From Epithemia pelagica (Eukaryota > Protista > Bacillariophyta): a stretch of DNA of 64,000 bases. Location: the NCBI GenBank assembly GCA_946965045.2, contig OX337242.1, positions 1,054,001 through 1,118,000 on the forward strand. Reading direction: 5' to 3'. The notes beneath the pieces are model-generated. The model saw only the letters and a list, made by a program, of their open reading frames with translations, had not been told where the DNA came from and ran no database searches. Below, one piece after another: positions 43,472 through 57,066 of this stretch (the stretch's first letter is position 1; each line of letters opens with the position of its first letter). The position numbers were made by a program, and so were the translations under genes.

Positions 43472-44635
43472 GGTGATTTTGATGGAGGATATGATTGCGA
43501 TTTGTGATGCGTCGTATTGGATCGCGCATAAATTACCAATTTTAAACTTTAAAATAAAGTTTCCTTGGAAAGAGTTTGGTAAGGTTAGGTAGGCAGTTTA
43601 TGCTATCTTTTGTATGAGTAGGAGCGTCGTTAGATTGTGCAGATGTTGCGCATCTATTGCTTCTTGATAAAGCATAGTTGGCCAGAACCCTTTCAAGAAT
43701 AGGATGGTAACATGTTGTCAGCCCGTGATGGCGGGTCACTAGATCGCGCGCCTTCTGTTGCAACTGGAGAAGAACAATAGGGAGATTGAGCTGAGAAGAA
43801 CGCCTTCAATCGAGCATATTGCTTCCATCGGAGGACAACCAATAATCCGTTTGTGACCTCTCTAGTAGATCCCAGTGCAAGACGGTCTCGATAAGACTAC
43901 CCATCATCAGTTTACCCAGGTTACGAAAAACAAAACAGACTACCTAACAAGGAGTAGATTCTGTACAACTCTATCTATGAAAATATCTCGTACGAGCCTT
44001 GCGCTTTCCATGTATACGTGAACATATTAACGCATCGGAACAACATCGATTCACTCATGTGGTAGCAAAGCTCGATTAACCCTGGTTTTGTATACCATTG
44101 ATGAGACCTCCGAGATTTTTTTGCAAAGCGTCCCCGTCATCGCAATTTTGGTAAGTCCCGTCAGACGACAATTTTATGACCATCTCTTTCCCTCTAACGT
44201 GTCCCAAGTCCCAAGTCCCAAGAGCCGTCACAAGAATCCCTAGGGTCTTTTTAGAAATCATGGAGCCTCCTCAATTCCCAATAGCCGAATGTTTTTTACG
44301 TGTAGAATGATCATTATGACTTCAGAAATGATATTATCTGTGTTTTGTCGAAAAATGAAGCCTTATCGTATTTTTAATCATAAATAGTGGATTTTCGATC
44401 TTCAGAAGTGGAAAAAGTTTTACATCCTTCGAAAAATACAAGCTTTTTGGGCCTTCTGTTTTCGCAGTGATAACAGCGAGCGTCGCGAGAGCGAGAGGTG
44501 AATCCGTCAGACTCACTAGGCAGACCGACAACAACATTCACAGTATTTGACGAACTTTTCCGAAGATTGCAATTTCCCATCCGTTATCGGTGCAATCGGA
44601 AGGCTTCTATTGATAGAGTATAGTTATCATCAACC

Positions 44636-45352
44636 ATGGCGCCGACTGAATTGAGCCGAGCCATCACGGATGAACAGTGGCCACGTGCGGTCGAAATTGC
44701 CCGAAGGTTCCCGAAACAAGCTCAGCAATGGTCGAAGCGACAGGGATTTTTTGAAGGAAGAACTGTGGCAAATGTTCTACCTTTACACGAGGCTGTTGTC
44801 GGAAATGCCCCTTACGAATGTGTTGTGGCTCTTGTGCAAGCTTACACCGACGCACTGACACAAGTGGAATCATCCTACCAACGGTTGCCTGTCCACTGTG
44901 CCTGTCGAAAGAATGCAGATCCACGCGTTGTTGCGTACCTTGTTCAAGCGAACAAAGATTCTTGCTTGGCTCCAGACTCATTGGGACGTCTTGCGATCCA
45001 TTACGCCCTGTCCAATGGTGCCGACCCGGCAGTCATCAACGTTCTAATGCAGGCCAATCCACGGGCAGCTCGTGGATTAGACCTTCGCGGCTGGACGCCA
45101 CTGCACGTAGCATGCAGTATGGGTGCATCTCAAGGTGTAGTCAAAGTCCTGTTGGATGCCTACCCAGAGGCTGTTCTTATTAAGACGAAGAAGGGATCCA
45201 GTATTACGCGTTGTATCCCCAAACAGTGCCCACACCGACAAGATCTCAAGGCAATGGTTACCGAAGCCAGGGAGAAGGTCGACTCAAATATTTCCTTGCC
45301 AACATTACAAAAGAAATCACTCGAGTTTGACGATGACATGGTTTACGTGTAA
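44636..45352 (+). CDS. Ankyrin-repeat protein (diatom-expanded type)
   Basis: LPLHEAV, RLPVHCAC, RLAIHYAL and WTPLHVAC repeats. Confidence 0.88.
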   Translation: MAPTELSRAITDEQWPRAVEIARRFPKQAQQWSKRQGFFEGRTVANVLPLHEAVVGNAPYECVVALVQAYTDALTQVESSYQRLPVHCACRKNADPRVVAYLVQANKDSCLAPDSLGRLAIHYALSNGADPAVINVLMQANPRAARGLDLRGWTPLHVACSMGASQGVVKVLLDAYPEAVLIKTKKGSSITRCIPKQCPHRQDLKAMVTEAREKVDSNISLPTLQKKSLEFDDDMVYV

Positions 45353-45628
45353 AGAACAAATTAAGAGAAACGACCTGTGGAACCCTCATTCCAAGTAAAT
45401 TCCACCGGTACATTTGATCTCAAACTGCAACGGTGGCGGCGGCAAACAGAAGCTTTTGGTGGAGTTTCGTTGCAATACATGCCGGTGCGTCGTGAATTGT
45501 GTAGGCATATTAGAAATTATATTGGGCTTTTCAGGGACTTTTGACCCATGCATCCCATTGCGAGTAGTAGGAGTAGGAGGCCTAAGTTGGGTAGAGGACC
45601 TACCCAGAGGTAGGTCTAAGATGATTGG

Positions 45629-46351
45629 GTAGTCTGGTCCGCGACCCGCGACATCGACAGGACGATCTTGCATGGACACCTGCCGATATCGTCCTCCAAT
45701 ACGACCTCAGCCTCGATCACCTCCGCAACAATGCAATTCCCCACCAAACTACCCACTCCTTCGTCGCCAGGCATCTCGAGCAGCGAGGGTTGCAGCGATA
45801 TCAGCAGTCGTGTTGGCGTGCAGACGGCCATCCTGGAGGAGCCGCATTCCACCTCTCGATCCTCGTCTTTGCCGCCACAGTCGAAGCGAGGTTTGGAGTC
45901 GGAATATTTCGCCGCCTCGACTATGAACAACGATTCAACTTTGTCAACATCAGATAAAGAGGATAGCATAGTTGCCTCACCTGATTTTGTGATGACTGAT
46001 ATCCGCAAGAGGATCAGCTGTGCTGTTCGGAAGGGCGTCGAATGGGAGCAAGATTGGTGTCATCTTCATGGATTAACGGAGGCTGAATCATGCGAATGCT
46101 TTAGCCGTGCGGCGTTTTACTTGGGTAACGATACGTTTCCGGACGACGCTACAAATGAAAAACTCTTTCACCATGCGAAGCAAGGTTGGTTTCTTCTCAA
46201 AGAGGTAGACCGACTTACCAAGACACACATGAAAGAAGCAATGGATTTGGACAAGTGGGCGGCTAAGCAAAACAAACCACCCGGGGTGTGCTACTGAAAA
46301 GAATTAAGTGTCTGGAGTCCGTAGTCTGGTCCGCGACCCGCGACATCGACA
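45629..46351. repeat. Perfect 31-bp direct repeats GTAGTCTGGTCCGCGACCCGCGACATCGACA flanking a 661-bp segment
   Basis: Copies at 45629-45659 and 46321-46351, read directly. Confidence 0.95.
45731..46297 (+). CDS. Hypothetical Ser-rich protein between the 31-bp repeats
   Basis: ORF open from 45668 (TTG), first ATG at 45731. No recognised domain. Confidence 0.45.
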   Translation: MQFPTKLPTPSSPGISSSEGCSDISSRVGVQTAILEEPHSTSRSSSLPPQSKRGLESEYFAASTMNNDSTLSTSDKEDSIVASPDFVMTDIRKRISCAVRKGVEWEQDWCHLHGLTEAESCECFSRAAFYLGNDTFPDDATNEKLFHHAKQGWFLLKEVDRLTKTHMKEAMDLDKWAAKQNKPPGVCY

Positions 46352-48034
46352 TGCACGAAGGTCCACTTCGTGACTCGTGATTCTAGTTCGTGTCGAAAGT
46401 GTTTGGATTCGACGGGACAAGAATGTGACGAAGGTGGGTATAATCCTTGTGATTCCTCATCGGGCAACTTCCATGCACAAACAAGCCATGTTTCATTTCA
46501 GTTAAGCCCGACCTCTAGCCACATCTTCACAGCTTTTGTCGTATTTCAAAAGGGACTACAACGGAATGTTATGGGAGCATGAGACTACTTCCGAAACTGT
46601 TTGGATGAGCACACACAGAGTCGATCAAGAGGAATGAGTCCAGATAGCATGATACATACTTTGGCTTTTCATTTCTTTTGTTCCAATCTTTCTCTTGTTC
46701 ATGCTTTTTGGCAGCAGGTTCAGCCATTGAGCGAGATGAATAGTCTTTCCCTATATCATTGCCAAAAGCAGGTGATCAACCAACGTATATAACGGAACAT
46801 CCAAGAGAGCTGCAGTCGTAATGTTTGTTCGAGAAGGATGATTAAACAACCGAAAGTTTCAGCAACATGACAAGACGTACCGATGGAGTAACTCGAACAA
46901 GCTCCTACCCAAAATGAAACCCTATGTTCTGTGGCTTGAATAATCTCGCGCTCATATTTTCCGATATTCCCTGGTCCAGAGAGCAATCTCTTTCTCGGTT
47001 CCCTGATCCAAAGAAAAAACCTGCAAGTTCCTCGCGATTACGAGACAAAATATGTTTCAGTAATACGCTCACTCACAAGGACGAAAGCAAAATGATGAAC
47101 TGCGAGAAAATGAGACATGATGAACTTCATTTGAAGAAGTCTTTCGATCTCGCTGGCATTCTGTCTTCGCACCAGTCGAACCATTACGGAAAACATCGAC
47201 AATCGCATGAAACAGCTGCGACTAAGAACAATCAATATCACGCAGTCATGTTCGGTCTGGATACACCAAAGCGCTTAATGCCAATGATATGATCTCAAGT
47301 TCTGTGAAATGTTTGCGGCTCCTTTAGCCCTATGTGAAAAGATAGAAGGATCCTTGTTTCATCGGGCTAACTTTGAAACGAGCAGTTTAGCCATTGAGAA
47401 TGTGCCAAGCAAAGGATTGCACTACGGATACGATGTTGCTCCCAGGGGCACCGTTCACTCCAACACGACCGCATCACAACAAACTCAAGACTGTGACTAA
47501 CATAGCTCACTCAGTTTGGATCGAGGCATTGGTTTCTATGTCTCGAGACGACAGGCACTTTGCAACACATCGACTTCCATCATTATACTGGTTAGGCGAA
47601 ACAAGCAAACACTTTTGCTCATGGACCGATGACCCATGAGGACATCGATCGACAAGTTCAGTAATACTAATTATGTCTGGTTGATGTAATACTCTGGTCA
47701 TCTCGGTTCGGTTGAGTGCCTCCGTGACCTTTGTGCTGTCACGAAGCTTCCAATGAAGCTCATGTCAGTGGCACACACCGTTGTTTGTCTGCGTCATCGG
47801 TAGTCCTCCTCAGACTATAAAATGGATACCAACCGTCCTTCTTTCGTTGACATAGACAAGGGTGATGCTTTCCCTTGCTTGTGGAAACTGATATCGCGAA
47901 ATCCTGAACACATCCATCGACATAATGTTGTCCTTACAAGTTATGGTTTCAATGGGGGCTTTTTAGTTTCTATATTCAATCACAGCAACATAACTCCCTT
48001 TAACCAGGAGTGACGAGTCTACCCCATCAAGCAC

Positions 48035-49389
<1,355 letters not shown>

Positions 49390-50197
49390 AGCTCAACCTT
49401 TCCTCTTTCCACAGGCCAAACGAGAAAATGAGATTTCTTCTTCTTCTTTCCTTCGTTGTCGGATGTGTTCCGGATGCCACAGGGCCGGTGTCGCGTTTAA
49501 GCAAAGATTCTGCTGGTTCCCAATCTGGCTTTGTTGTTGGAAAAAGCGGGCAAGACTACCAGAAGAGAAAGCTTATTGCAAAGGCGTTTGATGAAACCGA
49601 ATCTCGTCTACCAGTTCTAGGGAGTCTTCAACTGTTTCCTTACCGTAACCAGACTCTGTCCTTTCCGATCATTGCGAGAGAAGAGAGAATACTTTCAGTG
49701 CAACACGCAAAGGAGCGTAGTCACGTTCGTGACTGGCTACAGCTACCCATACGAAATCCTCTCTAGAGACCTAGAGAGCTTAGAGTAGCCACGGCTACCT
49801 AGAGGTGGGAGTTGCGTTTTACCATGAGAGATGAGAGGTGCCATCGCAGATTCTCTTCATTTCTCTTATTGTCTCTTCGCCATCTTGGATCCCCTTATCC
49901 TCGAGAAAGCTAGAGCCAGGCTTTAACCTGAGAAGATACTTTGTAATCCGACCCGATGGTCCATTCGACGGGGGCTTTGCTCATTCCATCTAGGTACCAT
50001 AGAAAGGTCTCAATACAATGAGCAAATAAAGACAGAAGCAGAGCAGAAATCAAGTCACATTTCAGCAGAACTCATCATCGTAACGAGAATGACACACTTA
50101 GAAATTGTCCTTGAAACACATTTGCTCGACGAGGACGCCTTGTCCCCGATGAGTATCGCTTCCAATAGAGTGTTCCCGTTTACAGTGTTGATATTTT

Positions 50198-51235
50198 TCA
50201 ACCAGATACAGCATTTTGTGCGTTCGGAGAAGGATGCCGGACTGCCACCGACACAGGGCTGTTAATCTTGGAATCGCTCGGGAAACTACAAGCTGTGACA
50301 TGATAATCAGTTGTTGCCGTGGGCGTTTCTGCGGCCATGCGTTTGACAACGGTGATCTTTTTCGTCCTTTCTTTTTCCTCTCTTAACCGAGGGTCGATCT
50401 CATTTATTTCGGAATGTAGCAACAACGAAAGCACCAAGCTAAGCTTGCACTGAATTCTTTCAACTCTGCGTGCGACTATACCCGGAAAGCGATCAACAAC
50501 TCGAGCAAACGTGAGGCGGTCGTTGGTCGAGAACAACCCTGTGTTCATTCCATCTATTGCATTCAACAGAGCCGCCATGGCAACTTCAGAAGATTTAAAA
50601 AATGCAAAAGACTGTTCGGCCACCGCTAGCTCAACCTGAAACCTCGCATAATCCATCACAGAATCTACAACATCTGGGTGAACATCAGGAGGAAGTAGGG
50701 TCATGAGATGGGAAAGAATCGAAAGACATGTGGGTCCGTTCACTCTCCATTCGATTGCTTGGAGCAGTTTTCGTTCGAACTTTACGAACTGTATCTTGGA
50801 GAAACAACCATGGCTGAGATCGGCAAGCAGAGAAACTTCAACTTGCAACTGTTCGTTGATTTTAATAGCAAGGTACAGAGCAGTCATGGCTGCGAGTTGG
50901 TACTCTTTTCGATTGCAAAGCGCGGATCTACCCAAGCGACTAGCCAAGTATCGATCAAGAAAGTTCATTCCAATTGCGACTGTCTCCCTTCTGAACTTGC
51001 AAAAATCAACGACTTGATAGCACCATTCTGTCATGCGAATACGGCACTCACTGTCGACTGGTTTTGTCCCATGCTTCCTATGCTGAGCGCTTTGGGTAAT
51101 GTAGTCTTTTACTTTGAAGGTGGTACTCTCTTGAAGCATCATCGCTGTGATACGATCGACAACTTCGGATTTAGCCAGCTTTGGATGCTGTCGTTGAAAT
51201 ACATCGATTCGCGCTGGCGACAATGAAAGCGGCAT
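50198..51235 (-). CDS. Cyclin (diatom-specific cyclin type)
   Basis: MLQES..KDY, CRIRMTEWCYQVVDFCKFRRETVAIGMNFLDRYL cyclin box, YQLAAMTALYLAIK, C-terminal SPVSV. Confidence 0.92.
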   Translation of the reverse strand: MPLSLSPARIDVFQRQHPKLAKSEVVDRITAMMLQESTTFKVKDYITQSAQHRKHGTKPVDSECRIRMTEWCYQVVDFCKFRRETVAIGMNFLDRYLASRLGRSALCNRKEYQLAAMTALYLAIKINEQLQVEVSLLADLSHGCFSKIQFVKFERKLLQAIEWRVNGPTCLSILSHLMTLLPPDVHPDVVDSVMDYARFQVELAVAEQSFAFFKSSEVAMAALLNAIDGMNTGLFSTNDRLTFARVVDRFPGIVARRVERIQCKLSLVLSLLLHSEINEIDPRLREEKERTKKITVVKRMAAETPTATTDYHVTACSFPSDSKINSPVSVAVRHPSPNAQNAVSG

Positions 51236-51684
51236 CTTATAAATGAGCACTTTCTCATTGAGCAGATATTTCGTTAGAGGATAGAACACAAACCGAGTCC
51301 GTTGTCCTTCCCACCGCAAGTATTACAGATGGCATCGAGTTGATGTCAATTAACTGGAACTATCAACGGCAATCCTTCCACCTTCCGTATTCGGATCTCC
51401 AAACTCCAAACCCGTTACCGCCAACGACAAAAAATGAACATGACGGATGAAGGCCCAGCAAAATATCGTCCAAAACACACACAGCGCACGTACACAATAC
51501 GAGTACTCCAACAAAGAACGAGCAACTGACTTTTTTTCGCAGAGGTGTTCGTGTCCCAACAAAACTGAGAAATTCCCTGGGAGGTTTGTGTCACTCGCGG
51601 GTCACCCAGTCACGACCGGTCGTACAATCACTATGCACCTTGGAGTACCGGGTACCGACATCGACATACGACAAACGACAACGA

Positions 51685-54600
51685 CAAAATATGGCTATGA
51701 TAGTGGCCGGAATTTGTGCGATCTAGCTAGCAATCGGCGAGCCCTAGCCCCTCGCCAGTCGCTCGTATCGTTGGTAGATAAAGTAGCCACTTCTTTGTTT
51801 TGGACGATTTTCGAGCCAATACCATGCTCGTATTTTGGTTTATCAGACCCAAGACTCTGGGCTGAGATGAAGATGATGATGAGCTATGATTGCACAATGG
51901 CCTGGGAAGGTAGTGGAAATATCTGGATCGGACTAAGTATGTCCTTATGATCCGCCCACATGGTCAACTATGAAGTTGTTCCACTAGTCTCGTTGAATAT
52001 CTGACTTGCAACGGAGCCAGACCGGACTAGTGAAGGGGTATGGTCAGCGATGCGCATACCCCTGGGCAATGACGGACGCGTCAATCCTTGCCGTTGAAAG
52101 GAGAAGCCTGCCATGCAGCCCAGCGATAATAAAATATCACTTATGTGACGTGGGACGATAATGCAGCTGTGCATGCTCAATCGCTGAATGAATGGAACAC
52201 CGGAAAGTCACGATGAATGAGATGATGGATTGGTTCCGTAAGCGAGAAAAAGTCACAAAGGAAGTTTGGTGCTGACAAAGGAAGACGCACCCATATGAAA
52301 GAAAGCTTGGTGCTGACAAAGGAAGTCGCACGCTATGAAAGCGCGGTGAAGCGCAATAGAGGCACCAATGAGGAGGTGCAAATTCGGACAGTAAGAATAT
52401 GGCTGTCGACGACAGGGGACTCTTTGTCTCCTTTCACAAGTGTGGCCCTTTTGTGGGTTGAGTATGGAAGATTAATGCCATGAATGGCTGTGTGCTTTGT
52501 TCTGCCGCAAGCAGAAAGTGTATTGTTCTTGAAGTGAGGTATCAAAAGACTGCGATTGATTGTCGAATCATGAGATCCTGGAATGAGATCCTGGGTACTG
52601 GTGCCATGGATGGCAATTCCCTGTGAGATTTGGTTGCTCTGTGTTTGGATTGGTGATATGTATTATACACCGCCAAAGAGATGGACAGGCAACGAGTATT
52701 GAAGCCAAGCCTCTGCTGTTCGTCTGGCAGTTGACATGAGCATGAGATCACGTTGATCTGTTGTTTACGTGGTGTCGATCCCACCGTTGTTGTGTGTCCG
52801 TTGCTGAGGACAACTACCATCAATATGATGGTAGTGTGGCTGTCATAATTTCTGGCAGTCGTTTGGACGACCTTTCGTCGTCAATTGAGGATAAGGGTGA
52901 ACCAAGAGTGTGACCCTTCCTTCGACTCTATTTAGTCGTGGTTGAGAATGAGTTGGTGACTTGCACTGTGTATGGTCTTCCTCTTTTCTGTGTGAGGTTG
53001 TGATAAAGCCAGTGAGGGAGGTATCAGTATCGTTGGGATCGCTTGTTGGTTGAGTCCATATGCTTTGAGCTGCCTCTCAAGAATCCTCTGCATGGGACAA
53101 CCAGAAGTTGGATGTGTTGTTTGCCCTAGAGCATACGGTGCTGTCATGCTGTCAAGTTTTAACCACTTAAGATGATGGTTCCTCATCATTGTCGAAGAGG
53201 ACTGAGTTTGTTTGGTCGCTGATATGAAAGAAGTGACCCATACCAGAACGGTGGGTGTTGCAACGAAAATGATGCTTGTTGTGCTTCTGAGATCAAGTAG
53301 TCCAGATTGTTGGAGTCGACCTTTGCCAACCAAGTTGTTGGTTGCTGCTCATATGGTAATTGCTTTGTTGCATGTTATATGGAAATTGAATCAAGAGGAC
53401 GATGCTCGATCAAGAATTTTGTTGTCGGGTCTGTCTCAGCTGAAATGCTACAGAACGTCCATCGGAGACAGGGGACTTGTCGTATGTCCCCTGAACAATA
53501 ACTCCATGGCATGGATTACAAGGTTGATTGTTGAGGTTCCCCAGTATGGTGGGCATTCAGTTCTTGTTGCATGAAGAACTGTGTCTTGTTGGTCGAGATT
53601 TCGTGGATGACCCACATTTGAATGGGGACTGATGTGCTTTATGCATTCGCTGTCTCGTGGTGTGTGGTTGTTGGCATGTCTGTCATGCTATGCTTTGCGT
53701 GCCGACATTGCTTCTCTCGAGTTTGCCTTGTGGAACTCTGTCTGTGGTTGACAGATGGGTTGTGATTGAGACTTGTTTGCACGAACACTGATTTCGTGTT
53801 CCAATTGGGGAGCATCATGTTTGTTTTGCTTGAGCCCGCGTTTTGAAGTGCTGGCCGTTGTCATGAATGCTCGACAGATAGTGGTGCCATGGAATTTTTG
53901 TTATGGCCAAGGGGACTATGTTCCTTGCCATCGTTGCTAAGGTCTATGGTCGTTGCTTGCATGTATGTCTCGCCCGATTCATGGGACGACTAGAATGGTA
54001 TGACTTTACGAGGCTTCTATTTGAAAAGCCAATTCGATGGGCTTCGGATAGGCAAGAATCGAATGGAATAAGATGGAAGCTTGAAGACCTGACACATGGT
54101 ATGCTCCGATGAGTGCTCCGGAGATTGTGCACAAGAAGATTGTCCTTCATAAGGTGGCTTAGCATCCTCGTCTATGATGGGGACAAGAATGAGTGTGGAC
54201 CTATGGAATTTGGTTCAGCTTACTGCTGTGGCGTTGGTCGAGAATATTTGAATTGGTGGCCTAGCCCATGGTCTTTGGTGTCGACCATTGTTGGCCGAGG
54301 CAACATGTGGAGAAGAAATTCATGGGACTTGGTTGTTTTTCTTGATCTCGAGCAAGTTCGGCAATGGTGGAAATTCATTCACCGTTTGTGTGCCGTCATG
54401 TCACATGCGCGTGTTTTGATGTTGTCGAAGTTTAGATTTTGCTGAAACCACCATTTCGGAATATGCAGTTCCAAGTCTTGCTTTTCCGTCACATAACGAA
54501 TGACATGTTGATGGAGTCAGAAGGTTGTTGTGACCCCGTAAGCAAATTTGTTGGGAAAAGTGTTCGGTATTTCTCCAGCCGGTCGCAATTGGGCATTTCC

Positions 54601-55966
54601 TCGGGTTGAGTAGGGCCGATGCTGCGAAGGACGATGACAGCTCAAAGTCTCCTGCCGTGAGGACACAGTCATTGTTGATGCTCTGTTGGCATTGGTGGCT
54701 TCACAATATTCTGTTTTCATCATCTAAGGTGGTCTTGTTGACAATACATGTACTTCAGTCTTTGGTACAAGCTGATGCAGAAAAGGAATCCTCTGACTAA
54801 CTGTGTTGAGGACTCGTGTCCTGCCATGTTGGATTCCTTCCCTTTGTTCCTCAAGGTTTGCATATTGTTTTTGACCCGATGGTCATGAAAATCCCTTGAT
54901 TTTGGCTTTTGTTGAGATTTTGTCAAGGGCTTAGAATTTTCTGATCACACGATTTCAAGCAACGACTTCTGGCGACGCTACTTTCCGTCAGGATATGGCC
55001 TTCATTCATGGGAATTGTTGCCATTATGGCAAAGATGAAGACTGTCTCTGCTTTCAAATGCTCGTATTTCAGCATGAGGATGATTGAAGTGCACGAAAAT
55101 TGCAATGGTCATGTGAAAAGGAAGGAGAAATTGCTCCGAAAATGGATCCATGTCGTTGAATGGAGGTACAATGACCTTGATTTTTGCAGTGGTTGATTTT
55201 GTGAATCAAAGGGCACAAATGGTCCTTTTTGCCCCTATTTATTATGATTTGCGTGCATTCGGCTCCAAAATGGAGTCGATTGGTGTATGGAACTGTGGAG
55301 TAAGCAGCAAAATGGTCTTGCCGAACCACAGAGAGATTGAGATTGTTTTTCTTTGTTGTTTTCCATCAGGAGAGATGCATATTGTGGATTAGACCGTTGG
55401 ATGGGTTGAACCACAATGTCGGATATGAAGTTTGGATGGTGGATGTACGTGTGATACGGAACCACCAAGAGAATGAAGCTTGATTGGTGGATTTACGCAT
55501 GGAACGGAACCACCAGGAATATGAAATTGGACTAAGTAGAATTACCAGGAGTATGAAACTCGTCATGGGACATGGGAGAACACGAGGGTCAGAGTCATGG
55601 TTTGGTTATTCTCATGCAATTGCCCGAACAAGATCCATTTGGACTCGACCCGTGTATTTGATTGTTTGCTATGGCTATGCATTGCATACTTCCCCATGTA
55701 CTTTGTGAGTTGTTTGATCACGATGCGATGACAAAGATGGTTTATCTGGTGCATGAGAAGGAGAACTAGAGGCACGATCACCTCGTCAGTGAACGCTGGA
55801 ATCGTGAGGGGACCAAAATATGGCTATGATAGTGGCCGGAATTTGTGCGATCTAGCTAGCAATCGGCGAGCCCTAGCCCCTCGCCAGTCGCACATATCGT
55901 TGGTAGATAAAGTAGCCACTTCTTTGTTTTGGACGATTTTCGAGCCAATACCATGCTCGTATTTTG
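51685..55966 (+). mobile_element. Non-autonomous LTR element (LARD-like) related to Copia 3
   Basis: 153-bp LTRs CAAAATA..TATTTTG (51685-51837, 55814-55966; 2 substitutions). PBS GTTTATCAGACCCA at 51838. PPT GAGGGGA. Flanked by ACGA. No gag/pol ORF. Confidence 0.9.
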
Positions 55967-55976
55967 ACGACACATA

Positions 55977-56479
55977 CAAGCTGGTTTCACGAGGGACCTG
56001 CCTAGTGTATTACAGTACAAATACTGTATTGACAATTTTGTACATAAACCATCATAGTAATCATTTATGCCCCTTTGCTTCTCGACCGCCGGGGAGACAA
56101 ACGAGGGAGCGGCCGAGGCGAAAGTTTCTCGTGTTGTTGTTGTTGTTGTTGCGTGAAGTACTGCTATATCTCGAGCTACAGGCACCGCGTACTTGAAGTT
56201 TTTTGATTATCTGTTGATGTTATACCTATGCTATCGATCTGGTGCATTACTTCAGGTACCAGCGGCCTCAGACGGCGATGGTGACCTGAAGCGGTGGCAG
56301 TTGTTTTCGTTCTCGAATACCATCACGAAATTATGTGAGGAACCGGAAAACTGCAACTCGTCCGCACCGCTAGATTACTATGAGATAATTAGTACTCCAA
56401 AAAAAGGGAGTATTTGCTAGATTTGTACACAATTTTTGTACTTTAATAGACGAGGTATATGGCGCGCGAAACCAGCTTG
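55977..56479. mobile_element. MITE with CAAGCTGG termini and TA TSD
   Basis: 15-bp TIR CAAGCTGGTTTC(A/G)CG. TA at 55975-76 and 56480-81. Same first 10 bp as the 12155 MITE. Confidence 0.75.
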
Positions 56480-57066
56480 TAGGTAGATGCATCTCTGTGT
56501 GGTCCCTCCGAGAAATGGTCGCGGTTATGGGCGAGAATTTAGCGAAGGATAGGCCCTCTAGGATAGAGGAATGTAATAGTCACTCTTTTAAAATATGACC
56601 CAACATCATGACCGAATTTTGGTTTATCAGACCCAAGACTCTGATTCTAATGGAGAAGCTATGGCACAATGGGCCTGAGAAGGTCGAGAAATATCTAGAT
56701 CGGACGACAAGGTCCATTACGATCTGCCCATGGAAGATATAAGAAAATCTTCTACTAGTCTTAGAATATGTTCAACCTGCAACGGGGAGTGAACAAGACT
56801 AGTTCAGAAGTGTGGTCTGCATATGCGCACACTTCGGGCAATGGCGGACGCGCCAGTCTTTGCCGTTGAAAAGACAAGCCTGCCATGCGACCATGCGTTT
56901 TCACCTATGTGACGCTGGCCGATAAAGAATGCAGCTGTGCACGCTTTCTACCTTTAGGATCGCCAGTCGATGAATCACTGGACAGTCGGAAGAAATGAAG
57001 TAAAACACACTTCCGAATACGTAAAAGTCTGTAAGAGTCCAACGAGGATACTAACAAGAAGAAACC

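Noticed and set aside
44200-44222. GTCCCAA x3 short tandem repeat
   Set aside because: Only three units with no associated structure. An ordinary microsatellite.
45586-45625. Helitron 3' end (hairpin + CTRR)
   Set aside because: A hairpin is present but there is no canonical CTRR at the expected spacing and no TC start or A|T target.
46370-48013. Short ORFs (e.g. 46924-47292) as genes
   Set aside because: No recognisable motifs, splice pattern or repeats. Left unannotated.
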